Shown: positions 13,646-25,254 of the stretch, piece after piece
How the letters are laid out: the number at the start of each line of letters is the position of its first letter
Numbering within the stretch: position 1 is the stretch's first letter
Origin: Eledone cirrhosa
Taxonomy: Eukaryota
Assembly (NCBI GenBank): GCA_964016885.1
Contig: OZ024741.1
Location: forward strand, 50,406,001 to 50,470,000
Reading direction: 5' to 3'
Length of the DNA: 64,000 nucleotides
The notes under the pieces: model-generated
Seen by the model: only the letters and a program-made list of their open reading frames with translations
Database searches by the model: none
What the model was told of the DNA's origin: nothing
Made by a program: the position numbers and the translations under genes

Positions 13646-13735
13646 CTCTCGTGCTATTTGATCCAGGGCCTGATCCTCGGCCGTGTAGGCTTTCGTTGTT
13701 ATTCTTCTCCGTCCTGAGTTTGTTGCAGAAGTCAT
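13646..13735 (-). CDS. LRRFIP2: LRRFIP1/2 homologue, first coding exon
   Basis: MTSATNSGRRRITTKAYTAEDQALDQIARE followed by a GTAAG donor (phase 0). Resembles the vertebrate LRRFIP2 N-terminus (MGTPASGRKR...FSAEDEALSNIARE). Candidate acceptor CAG at 13788-13790. No further exon was found in the window. Confidence 0.82.
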
Positions 13736-14303
13736 TTTGACGTAATTTTACAAACCTTTCTTCTATTCCTTCCTCTTTACTATCCCTCTGATTTAGATTT
13801 TATGAATTAATTAACGTAACTTAATTCTAATTAACTTCCTTAGAAGTAAGCTTGTCCTAATAGACGTTGTATAAAATTGCAGAGGTGTCGCTTTTATAAG
13901 CGTTTGTATTTTAATAAAGAGAAAGAAGACCCACCCAAAAATATTTTTGGTGATGTATGTGACAGGCTGGTTTATATGTATGTTTATCTATCTAATGTAT
14001 ATATAAATCTGTGTATATATATTTGATTGTAAATGTATGTCTGTGTGTGAGATGCGTATCAGATGTCAAGGTGTGTATATGTAATGTTCATGTGTGTTTG
14101 TGTTTATGTATAGCTGTGCATCCGTACGTAAGGATGCAGTGTTGGCATATATCTATAACTTAATATAAATCTTAAGCATATATATATATGTGTGTGTGAA
14201 AGAGAATGGTGATTGATACCAACAAATACTACACAACGCACACCTATCTCTCTCTCTCCCTCTCTCACATCTAGCGAAAGTTCTTGCTAGTGCTGTTGTG
14301 AGA

Positions 14304-14343
<40 letters not shown>

Positions 14344-14789
14344 ATTGCGAGGGATTTTAACCCCAACTACAAAAGATAAATTATCGATTTTGTATTCCCA
14401 GTAAAATATTTAAAAAATGACTTGTAATAAATCCAGAACACAGAGAATACAAAATATATGGAGAGTAAGAGGGAGAAAGGGAAGACAGCAATGAAAAGTG
14501 TTTTTCTGTTGTTTTCCACGGTAATCTGAAGTCGAGGAGTTCGTATTCACGGAGTGACAATCAGCTGGACTCTGAGCACATGGATTTAAATATATAACTT
14601 GAAACGTATGGACCGGAACACAACTTAATCTTGGCTGTTTCAAACTGACGATGTATCATGTATAAATCTATATATCTATATATATATGTATGTATGTATA
14701 TATATAGAGAGAGAAGAAGGAGAAGAGAGACAGAACAGAAATTCGGATATTTTTCAATCCACCATTTTTTACTCTCTTTCTCTCTCTCT

Positions 14790-15310
14790 CTCAAGACGTC
14801 AGTAAAAACCCCGGATGTCAGCCTCGCTTTCGCTCAGTTTCTATAGCGTCTGCTGGGACAGAACCGGAAGTTCCTTCGGTTCGTCTACATATTCACTCAA
14901 CCTGCTGGAAATAGCAACCAAAACTTTTATTTCGTTAAACATACGGAGAAAGAAAACATTATTGGAAAGGACTATAAATGCCTTAAATGAGAGGAGAGGG
15001 AAAGCAAGGACTACTAGACAAAGGGAGAAAGAAAGGGAGAAGGAGAGAGGGTGACAGACTCTATACCGACGTCAGAGCGGTGTTCGGCTGCGCACCGCAG
15101 ACAAATGGCAAAGGCATTTCCGCGGACAATGGCCAGCGACACCTGCTGCAACAGCCAGCCCTCACGGTGTTTCTTTCCTCAGACGGGTTACTATCGATCG
15201 GATTTTACGGAGAAGGTCTGGAGTCTGAGGATACCTGAGGTCTCGACGGCGAAATCTCGCTCGAGTTACATCTCACCGTCTTTGTTAGATCTCGCGTTCG
15301 TATTAACAAA
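14790..15310 (-). promoter_or_regulatory. Putative LRRFIP promoter / non-coding first exon region
   Basis: Locally CpG-rich. ETS motif ACCGGAAGT at 14863-14871. Candidate minus-strand donor CAG|GTTGAG at 14902/14901. Confidence 0.35.
15075..15250 (-). mobile_element. CRE-like retrotransposon 3' fragment
   Basis: The minus strand encodes AVETSGIL...VSLAIVRGNAFAI, homologous to the end of ORF 20695-21534. Confidence 0.65.
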
Positions 15311-15734
15311 GGAAGTTTCATTTCACTCGACCAAGTTTATTATTCATGTTGCTCTATCGTGATATGAGCGCTAAATTGAGTGGTTAAGAAGTTCGTTTGT
15401 CAATCGCAAGATTCGAGGTTCCCTCCCCATTACACAGCACTTCTAACAACTAATTACCTTAATCTTACATTCGGCGATGTCAGTTGGCTGAAGCGGTAGA
15501 GCATCGGACTAAATATCTTTCAGCATTTAGTTAAGTCTCTTTATATTTAAATTCAGCTCAGATGGATTTTTCCAGAAAATTCTTGAAGAATCGATAAAAT
15601 GGGAGAACCATTCAAAAATCGGAGCCGGACGGAACGGGTTTTTTTCTTCTATTTAACTTTGTAATGGAAAAAGAAAAAATTGTCCGAAACTATTACAGTC
15701 CTTCCCAGATTGATGAGATTGGTCAATGGTAGTC

Positions 15735-17540
15735 GTCATCATCATCGTTTAACGTCTAGTTTCCATGTTGGCATCGGTTAGACGGGCTGTTACGTGCTGC
15801 GGTTAGACTGGTCAAGTGACCACGTCCTCGTATGCTCCATTTCTGGCTTAATTTTTGTGGCTGGATACTTTTATAATGCCAAACACTTTAAATCGTGTAC
15901 TGGGAGCTTTTTATTGTTACTCTGGCTCTACAACCTTACAGGGTAGGCTGGGTGCTTTTCATTATGGCACCAGCACCAACACCTAACTGGGTGCTTTTCA
16001 TTGTGGCACCAGCACTAACATTTTACTGGGTAGACTCGGTGCTTTTCATTATGGCACCATCACTAACACCTTACAGAGTCGATTGGGTGCTTTTTATCAT
16101 AGCACCAGCATTAATTGCCTCATTACCGTTGGTCTGGCTGGGGAGAAATTAATGGGGGTTGGAGGTGTATAAATGAGAGGTGTTCAGGCTATATGGGAAG
16201 TGGGACGTCCTACTGTAGGGAAGGAAGCACTGGGTCATGGGGTGACCTTGAAGTAAATTTCATCCAGCTTGCATAGAAAGGCAAGTCATCTGCAATACAA
16301 GATTTTACCAGTTAAGTTGATCCTGAGTCATCTCCTTTGTGAAGTCAGCCTTCACCTCATTATCCCAAATTTTTCCAGATCTTTCCCTTCCACATGTTCC
16401 TTTGACTTTGAGCATTTCTTTATGCAACTGTCATCTTTCATACACATTACATGTCCATAGCAATACAGTCACTTCATTTGAAAACTGCATCCAATCCCTC
16501 TTATGCTCAGTTTTCTTTCAGCCCATTGATGCTTCGTCATTCATGTATACTACAATTACACATCCATCAAATCATGCTCACCTTCTTTCTTTCTGATCTT
16601 TGTAAGTCCTCCACACACAAAGCCCAAGTCTCACTTTTATGCAGCTTTGCTGTTCACACTCAAGCATCATACTATCTGTTTTTCACTCTGAGGGAGACCT
16701 TTTGTAGCCAGCAGTGGTAGTAGCTCCCTGAACTTTTTCCAACTGGTCCTCATTCTAGTTACTTTCAGAACACCCACTCCCACTGCTAATTTGGTGCCCG
16801 AGGTAGCAGAAGCTGCCAACTACATTCTTTGCCAGCCTGCCTGAGATCCTGCTATATCTCTTGTGTACTCAGAGCTTAGATTTTGTACATAAAATAGAAT
16901 TTCTACTCACTCATTTCCTGCATACAGAGCAAGGCCATTTCCCTGAAGGACTTTAATCTTTGCTAAGTTGACTGGGAGGCCTTTTATTTCCATGTCTGGA
17001 ATTTCTTCTCTAATTTTGCCAGTTTCAGCAATGGTGAATAAATCACCAACTACTGTTTTAGCCTGGTGGACAATAATAAACAGGAGGTACAGACAGAGCC
17101 CTAGTGGACCCCAATTGTGCACTAAATCCTCCACTATGTTCATTATTAACTCTAGCCATACTGACTACACCACTGTACATGGCTTGTACCACCTTTACAA
17201 GCCATTCTTCTACCCCTAGTTTCCTAAGAGCCCACCAGATTGCAGAGTAGGGAACTCTGTCAAAATATTTTCTCCACCAACCAATGCTAGATAGGACTTA
17301 CTCTTAGTTTGATACTTCTCCTACAGGTGTCTTACAAGAAAGAGTGCATCTGTGGTACCTTTACCAAGCCCACAGCCAAACTATCTCGTGTGTGTTAATT
17401 CTATTCTTAATTAGTTGTGCAATAACTCTTTCAGTAACTTTCATAACCTGATTCATCAAATTGATGCCTCTGTTGTTTCCTCTGGCTGGTGCATCTCCTG
17501 TTCCCTTGTAGCAGTTGATGATAATGCTGCTACACCAGGA
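15735..17540 (-). mobile_element. Degenerate RTE LINE with tandemly repeated 3' UTR units
   Basis: (CAT)n tail at 15735, about 40-nt repeats at 15895-16115, and decayed RT pieces similar to 48526-49955. Confidence 0.75.
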
Positions 17541-17879
17541 AACAAGGCAGGCAAATAGTTGTAAATACCAAGTCCTTCTCTGGGGAGGAATGTACCTCTT
17601 AACACAGATTAGTTGTCAGTGACCTTAGAGTAAGGGCTAGGTGGACCAAAAGGCAAAAGCCAGTTGAGAGAGGGAAGACATGGAAGCTGAGAGAACCCTC
17701 TGTAGGTAACAAATTTAGAGAAATCCTTCTTGATGTGTCTGACAGTAAGGAAGAGGAGTTAGAGACATATAACAGAAAAATTGGGAATTTCTACAGGACA
17801 ACTTGCTGGAAGCCACAAGCCAAGTCTGTGACTGGAGCAAGGTCCTGCCAAGATAGAGAGTGACATGATGATAGAATGA

Positions 17880-18750
17880 CAAGGTAGGAAGAGCCATTAA
17901 AATAAAAAGACAACCCTGGAGGAATGGAGGAGATAGAAAGCAATACCAGATAGCTAGAAGGGATGTCAGGCGCCAAGTATATCTAGTGAAGGTAGAGGCA
18001 GAAAAGAAGACGTTTTCACATGTTCTGCATCATGAGACGTGAAGTGTTCAGGATTGTGAGACAGTATGCTAAAGAAAATCATGATGTGGTTGGAGAAAAG
18101 TGGGCACAAAACAAGGGAGCACTTGTCCTGCTTGATGCCAAAAAGAAAGAGGCATGACTGCTGAACAAGGAAAATGAATGGGACAGTGAGGGCCTACTCC
18201 ATGCAGATCCTACTGATGGAGCAACCATAAAAGTTGACAGCAATATGATAGATAAAGCAATCAAGGATATAAAGGTAAGGAAAAAAGCTGGATCATCCAG
18301 TATAGTCGCTGAGATGCTAAAAGCATCTGGCATGGTACATGAGCTAGTCAGATGCATAGTTAATCAAGTAGTACAGGATGATGCCATCCCCTACGGCTGG
18401 TGTAGCAGTATCATTGTAAATTGCTACAAGGGGATGCACTAGAGAGAAGTAACTACAGAGGCATGAAGTTGATGGACCAGGTCATGGAAGTTGCTGAAAG
18501 TGTTATTAGCGTAACTAATTAGGGAGAGAATCAAGTTAGATGAGATGTAGTTTGGATTTATGCCAGGTAGGGGTACTACTGATGCCCTCTTTCTGGAGGC
18601 ACCTTATCTAGCATTTGTAGATCTGGAGAAGGCCTTTGACAGCATGCCATGCCCTATAATCTGGTGAGCACTTAGGAAACTAGGTGTAGATGAATGGCTT
18701 AAGAGGGCTATGCTGGCCATGTATAGAGGAACAACCAGCAGTGCAAGTGG
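17880..18750 (+). mobile_element. Degenerate RTE LINE fragment (RT N-part)
   Basis: AIKDIKVRKKAG..IVAEMLKA; NCYKG; AFVDLEKAFD. Confidence 0.75.
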
Positions 18751-19196
18751 GGGTTCATTAATTTTATTTATATTGTTATTAGCGGTCAATGTACAAACTT
18801 CCTTTTTATAAGTATTATAGATATATATATATACGTCTGTATGTGTTATATTGCTCTATTAAGACATCTCTCTAGGAGAAGGTCACTCTGATATAAAACC
18901 TGTGACTTCGTTTGCATCCAATAATGTAGACCAGTTCTTTTGGGGCAAATACATTCAATGTTCAGAGAGTGGGATTGGTCTCGTGCAAAGCCTTTCCTTA
19001 CTTAAAAAAGCTTCAAGCATAGGCATCGCTTGATATGTGACATTTTTTGCGATGCATGGTATTGCTGGCCATAGGCAAGTTCCTAGCAGGACTAAAAAGC
19101 TACGTCTGTGATGCTCACACTTAAGTATCAAGCAATGGCAATACTCAAAATCGAGTTGCAGTTATCATATATATATATATATGTGTGTGTGTGTAT

Positions 19197-19390
19197 CCCG
19201 GGTTCAATCAGGGGTAACCACAGTAAGTAAGGTACTCAATACATAGAGTATAAATATTTAATATAGAAATGGCTTCTACAGGACTAGAACTGTTCCATTA
19301 GAAGGAAATCATCATGAAAGCGACAGTCGGCTTTCCTGATGATTTCCTTCAAACAAAACAGTTCTAGTCCTGGAGAAGCCATTTGTATAT
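19197..19390. mobile_element. Second, diverged copy of the 11672-11867 palindromic hammerhead element
   Basis: CTACAGGACTAGAACTGTT...CTGATGATTTCC...AACAGTTCTAGTCCTG. The flank is the reverse complement of 11792-11860. Flanked by TA/TG repeats. Confidence 0.7.
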
Positions 19391-19759
19391 ATATATATAT
19401 ATTATATATATACTCTTTTACCTGTTCCAGCCATCCGGCTGAGGCCATGCTGGGGCACCGCATATCTATATATATATATATATATTCCCCTCTCTTTCTC
19501 TCTTCTTTTTAGTGAGAGAAATACAGACATAGAAAGGGACACATATATACAAAAACACCTAGAAAAGTTTTAGTTAGAGAGGGGTAGGTGGATTGAGTGA
19601 AATGTGTAGTGTTTCCCCTCTCTATATATAGATAGCATGACGAACGAAGAGTACCTGGTTGCTAGAAATAGCAGTAAATTCTCCCTTAATTCGCTGTTCC
19701 CCCATTCCATTTTCGGAAAATATGTCGACAGCGAGCTTGCCGGAGGTCAGATTAGTTAA

Positions 19760-19804
19760 CGTACAAACAAACAAACTTCCTTTTTATATAGATATAGATA
19801 GATA
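19760..19804 (-). mobile_element. Helitron-like 5' terminus (related end at 18790-18822)
   Basis: The minus strand reads TCTATATCTATATAAAAAGGAAGTTTGTTTGTTTG, resembling TC-starting Helitron 5' ends. Confidence 0.35.
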
Positions 19805-20254
19805 TGCTTCTTAATTGTTCTAATTTATCAATACTTAGAAAACCTTGCTTACTAGTAAAATTCCCCTGCATATAAGGTTGTGAAAGCTAAATTACGCATT
19901 TTTTTTTCATTTTTTTTTTTTAGAAATACCAATATGGTAAACTATTGTGTGGCATCAACCTTCATCCATCTATAGTCTTGCCTGCCTGACTGTAAGAGAG
20001 TCTCATGTCAAACTACTTACCTGTATGACTTGCAAGAAGGTTGCCTCTATATGGTCGTTCGACCTGCTAGAAATGGCAGTCAGATTTCCCCTAATGTTCA
20101 TAAGCGGCGTATTAGATGTGACAGATACACAATACACAGGAAAATATAAGGCGACTGTGCGCCAAAACTGGGGAGATCACAAATCTAAGGTATAGTCTCT
20201 CTCTCTCTATATATATATACATATATATATATATGTATATATATAAAGTCTAAA

Positions 20255-20507
20255 ACCGAAGGCTCATTTGACCGGTGCAAATCCCGATTTCATGGCGTGA
20301 ATCGACTGAGAGCACAAGACTACCCTCTGGACAGGAAGCCAGTCCATCGCAGGGTTAAACCCCCAGCTATTGCTGGTACTCATTTTCAGCTGAGTATACT
20401 GGAGCAACGTGAAATGAAGTGTTTTGCTCAAGAACACAACACGCAACCCAGGAATTGAACCTATGACATTATGATCGTAAGTCCAACACCCTTACCACTA
20501 GGCCATG
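20255..20507 (-). mobile_element. tRNA-derived CORE-type SINE
   Basis: A box TGGCCTAGTGG, B box GGTTCAATTCC, CORE-like GTGTTCTTGAGCAAAACACTT...CTCAGCTGAAAATG. Confidence 0.7.
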
Positions 20508-20649
20508 TTTATTAGGTGTATCTCAGTTTCGAGAATTGCCACCCCTTGACCTTTTTCTCATACATGTGTGTCACGAACATGACTCTTTATCCCTACCAAG
20601 AGCTTAGATTTCTTTCTGCATAAGCTACAGGAACAGAAACGGGCATGCT

Positions 20650-21600
20650 CGCAGAACCCTCTGTGTTCAGAGAACGTGAGACCGCCTGTGAGACGTGGGA
20701 CTTAGCCCAGTAGACGTCCTTCCTCCTTCTCCCCCTGTTGACGTCAAGTCCCCCCAACGCACTTGGGATGCCATCCAGTGCAGCCTGGCCTCAGACAGGC
20801 TCACGCGCCAGCTCGACCAGCACCGCCTTGCTTGTTTTCATGCAGCCTCCAAACCCCACAGTGGTGCCTGGCTCCATGCCCTGCCCTCCTTCTCCACTGG
20901 CACGCAGCTAGACAACCATAGTCTGCGAATCGGCGTTTCTCTGAGGCTCGGCCTCCGGATCTGCCAGCCACACCAATGTCGCTGCGGTTCCACCGTGGAC
21001 TCTTTCGGCCTCCACCCGCTTTCCTGTCGCCACAGTGCCAGCCGCATTCTATTCCATGCTGCCCTCAACGAGGTCATTAAGCATGGCTTCCCTTCCCAGC
21101 TCGAGCCGGTGGGGCCGGATCGAGGGGACGGCAAAAGGCCAGATGGCATGACCATCTTCCCGTTCCGCGGTGACAAACCCCTCATCTGGGATGCCACTTG
21201 CACCGACACTTTCTGCAGCCACAACATGGTGCAGTCTGCAACTGACCCAGGTTCTGCTGCACGTCGGGCTGAGGGGGCGAAACTCCTCAAATACAGGTCG
21301 CTCTCTGACAGGTTTGCGGTCGTTCCCCTGGCAGTGGAGACTTCTGGTGTCCTCGGCCCCAGGGCTACCTCCTTACTCACCACCATAGGCGCTGAGCTGG
21401 CCAGCCGCAGGTGTGAGCCCTGGGAGTTGGAGTGGCTTTTCCAGCGCGTCTCCCTTGCCGTCCTCCGGGGAAACGCCTTCTCCATTCTGTCTGCTGGGGC
21501 TGTGGGTGGGCCCCATCGCGTACCAATACATTAGTTAAATACCATTCTTTCATCTGATACAACGCAATAAAGACTAAAGTGTTTAAAAAAAAAATTAAAA
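20650..21600 (+). mobile_element. 5'-truncated CRE-like non-LTR retrotransposon (zinc knuckle + restriction-like endonuclease)
   Basis: ORF 20695-21534: CRC-x9-H-x3-C, KRPDG, WDAT, KLLKY, VPLAVETSGVLG, FQRVSLAVLRGNA. Followed by AATAAA and an A-rich tail. Confidence 0.85.
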
Positions 21601-22000
21601 AATTGATGTTGAAGTCAAAAAAAAAAAAATGATATCCCCTACACACATGGAAGTCGTTTAGATCAAGTGAAGCTTGTCCTTGAAGCTTTTTAAAGTGAAG
21701 AAAGGCTTTGTACTGGATTAATCCCACTTTCTGAACAACGATGACAGTTATCCAAAAGGAACAGGTCATTATCATTGGCTGCCATCGAGTTGCAGGTTTT
21801 ACAAAAGAGTTTTCCTTCTAGAATGATGTCCTAACAAGAACTAGAGGCATCTCACTTTCATAGGACTAGCCGCCCGCTCGGATACCAAACATATCCATAC
21901 ATACATGCATATTACAATTAACTGCCTTTACTAATATATATATATATATATGTATATGATAACTAACAAATAGTTTATCGCTCTACATGGCTGAATACAA

Positions 22001-22440
22001 TAAATGTAATCTGAGTTTTTCGAATATTAATCATATTCGATTCGTTTGAAATTATACAAACAGCCTCTTTAAAGTCACGTCAGTAGAATGACTCTGCCAT
22101 TTTGCCCTTCTGTTGGCATGTAAACAGAACTGCAGACACTAATGTTTCTGGGTGATTACTCTTCAGTACAGTATACTGCTTACCTGCCAACTGTCAGAGC
22201 TAGTGAAAATATATATTTTCTAAAATATACAGTGACTGATTGGCCTGATTTGCATATTAGTTCTGACAGTTGGCAGGTAAACAGTATACTGTACTGATGA
22301 AGGGTAATCACCCAGAAACATTAGTGTCTGCAGTTCTGTTTACATGCCAACACAAGAGCAAGAATGACGGAGTATTTCTACTGTTTGCATAATTGCAAGC
22401 GAATCAAATATTAAAATTCGAAAAACTCAGATTACATTTA
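22001..22440. repeat. Long inverted repeat (about 190-bp arms, about 55-nt spacer) containing hammerhead motifs
   Basis: TAAATGTAATCTGAGTTTTTCGAAT... mirrored by ...ATTCGAAAAACTCAGATTACATTTA. Confidence 0.9.
22288..22334 (+). ncRNA. Type I hammerhead ribozyme motif
   Basis: Stem I ACUGUA/UGCAGU, CUGAUGA (22294-300), stem II GGGU-AAUC-ACCC with A/A at its base, GAAA, stem III ACA-UUAG-UGU, GUC cleavage after 22328. Confidence 0.75.
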
Positions 22441-22484
22441 TATATGTGTGTGTGTAATTCAAAACATACTCTTTTGTGTGTTCT

Positions 22485-22523
<39 letters not shown>

Positions 22524-22525
<2 letters not shown>

Positions 22526-23188
22526 CATCACCATCATCATCATCGTTTAACGTCCATCTTCCACGCTTGCATGGGTTTGGACGGGAATTTTCCCACTTGA
22601 GGCAAGATTGGTTGTCTTGCTCGCATAGGACTGTCTGGCGGGTTTTCTACGGCTGGATGCCCTTTCTAACACCAACCACGTTTACAGTGTGGACTGGGAG
22701 GTTTTTACCGTGTTACCTACACGGCCACATTACAGCGTGGACTGTATCTTTTTTTGTCGTGACACCTACACGACCTCATTTGTTTCGGACTGGATGTTGT
22801 GGTACTAACATAACTTTACATTGAAAGGGGTGGTGTGGATGGGGTGGGGGTAGTGGGACGGGGATGTATTTTTGTTAGAGGTGCCTACTGACTGTAGGTT
22901 TCGCTTTGTACTTAGGCAAGGCGGGTCTTCTGTATTACTGTGTAGCGCCAAAGATCTCGGTCCAGTGACATTGTCTTGGAGAGGTGTAAGTGTGTGAGGT
23001 CGGAATTTATCAAGTCGTCCCAGGTTTTTCTGGGTCTGCCTACTCCGTGGCTACCGTCTATTTTTATTGCCCTGCACTTTTTTATACAGCTGTCGTCTTT
23101 CATGCGCATCACGTGACCGTACCAACGTAGTCTTCTCTCGAGTAAACAACATCTGATCCCTCTTATTCCTAATTTCTCCCTTAGTTCG

Positions 23189-23189
<1 letters not shown>
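22524..23189 (-). mobile_element. RTE LINE 3' part, same family as 4259-5607
   Basis: ELREKLGIRGIRCCLLERRLRWYGHVMRM; (CAT)n tail; (TA)n on both sides. Confidence 0.9.
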
Positions 23190-23220
<31 letters not shown>

Positions 23221-23222
<2 letters not shown>

Positions 23223-23393
23223 GGTAAAATTCCGTTATAACGAATACCATTATAACGAATGTTTCAGTATAACAACATTTTTTTCAATCCCCGGCTACAT
23301 GCTCGATGTATTTCGATCGATCTTGTATAATGAACTTTTCGTTACAACGATTTTTTTATATCCCATGAATTTCTTTATAACGGTATTTCACTG
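23221..23393. mobile_element. pogo/Tigger-like MITE
   Basis: Imperfect TIRs CAGGTAAAATTCCGTTATAACGAA / TTCTTTATAACGGTATTTCACTG followed by TA. Confidence 0.65.
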
Positions 23394-23504
23394 TATTTGT
23401 TCTGGCTCATTAATTTATTAACCCGCCATTGAACCACATTGGCACTTGGTTGGACAATACATGCGTACCTTGGCGCCTTGTGCGTGAAGGGACGTATTTC
23501 ATAT

Positions 23505-23548
<44 letters not shown>

Positions 23549-23640
23549 CCAAAGATTAATATGGTTCGTTGATTATTCAACGAATACAATTTTACAATAG
23601 ATTAGAAGCACTCGACAATAGATTTTCCTAGAGTATTTAA

Positions 23641-23961
23641 TATTATTCAAAATATTAATAAATGAAAAATATTCTCATAATCAAAATATATATTTTATTA
23701 TACATATTTCAAAGGTACAATGGTGTTTAAGTACGTTTTCATCAGACAAAATATAAGATTTGATATGCGACATACCGCTACGGTTTTGATTATGCAATTC
23801 CAGTATTGGCAATACTGGAATTGAATAATGAAAACCGTAGCGGTATGTCGCATATCAAATTTTATATTTTATCTGATGAAAACGTACCTTTGAAATATGT
23901 ATAATAAAATATATATTTTGCTTATGAGAATATTTTTCATTTATTAATATTTTGAATAATA
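23641..23961. repeat. Palindrome centred on 23809 containing hammerhead motifs in both arms
   Basis: Centre CCAGTATTG-G-CAATACTGG; arms of about 150-170 bp with few mismatches and one indel. Confidence 0.9.
23863..23913 (+). ncRNA. Type I hammerhead ribozyme motif
   Basis: Perfect 10-bp stem I UAUAUUUUAU/AUAAAAUAUA, CUGAUGA (23873-79), stem II AAA-CGUACC-UUU, GAAA, short self-complementary stem III, AUA cleavage after 23903. Confidence 0.7.
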
Positions 23962-24365
23962 TATATATATATATTTGACTGCGAGATGATGTTGGGGCAC
24001 TGCTTACATTGACCTCCCACTCAACAGACGTCTTTGATCATAGACTTACTGCTAAGTCAGAATTGACTTGGGTCTAACACAATAGTGTGTATCACGTGAC
24101 TGTGAAATTACAGGTCATGTTCCAAGTAGTTTGTTTATTTATTCATCTTTGTTTTCCATATATCTTGTTCGTGGGAGAGAGATGAAAGGAAGGGGGTAGA
24201 GCTATGTAAGGTATGTTAGATAAAACACGCCCAGTCAAAGGTGGCAGTGGTGGCGGCCGTGGTGGTGGTGGTAGTGGTGGTGTAGGAAACTGCAAAGGAA
24301 GGAAATATTATCTGTTGAAACAACTAAACAAGTTAACTCCATATATACACCATTAGAACATTACT

Positions 24366-24600
24366 TATCATTTATTATCATCATCACTATCACCATCATC
24401 ATCGTTATTGTCCTCATCATCCCTATCATCATCATCATCATCATCATCATCATTGTCATTACCATCTTCGTCTTCATGATCGGCATCATCCACATTATCA
24501 TCAGCAGCACCATCATAACCACCACCACCATCACCATTAACATCATCATCACTTTCATCATCATTACACTAGCGTCGTCATTGTCATCATCAACAGCATT
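24366..24600. repeat. Degenerate (CAT)n/(CAC)n microsatellite
   Basis: Directly visible. Confidence 0.9.
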
Positions 24601-25062
24601 AACGTCTGCTTCTCCCATGCTACTTGAGATCAAATCCCAAACACAGCCAATCCTACCTCCCATTACCATCCATTTTATCTCACTTATGTGTTGTATGAGG
24701 TGGGGGAATATTAAAACCATCTTACCTTCATTACACCTTACTCTCCCCTATTAATCAATTAAGAAATATAAAATAATAGGTTCACTTGTAGAATTGTCCC
24801 AGGTTCAATATCAGTCTCATTTGATTTTCTTCATTTTCCTTTGTTCTTTACAATGGTTTTTCTGAAAGAGAAAGTACAGTAACCATGCCATAGAACTTTT
24901 GCAGGTCCCCCAAAACTGGATAGGTTCAGGAAGAAAATACCTTCAGATTGGAAATCTTATCCAAATGCTTGCAACAGAATGGACACTGCTAAAAGTACCC
25001 AAAGGCCATATGGTGGCAACAAATTAAGTGTTCCACATCAAAACAAGTTTACTCCATCAACA

Positions 25063-25254
25063 CAAACCTGCCAACCTCTAAAAACCCAAAAGAGGAGTAC
25101 CATGAAAAAAAATGCCCCAAAATGGGGAGAAATGAGGCAAAATTGGGAGATTTTATATAATGAAAGCTACCTATTTTCACAAAAATGGAGACGGGGAGAA
25201 ATGAGCCAAAACGGGGAGATCTCCCTGTCGGATGGGGGAGAGTTGACAGGTCTG
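25063..25254. mobile_element. MITE with CA(A/G)ACCTG(C/T)CAAC TIRs
   Basis: CAAACCTGCCAAC ... GTTGACAGGTCTG, with TCAACA directly on both sides. Confidence 0.55.

Noticed and set aside
15895-16115. About 40-nt repeats resembling a CRISPR array (also 42470-42660)
   Set aside because: No unique spacers and no cas genes; these are tandem units of the RTE 3' UTR in a eukaryote.
24361-24754. Poly-Met / poly-Ile ORFs
   Set aside because: (CAT)n microsatellite.
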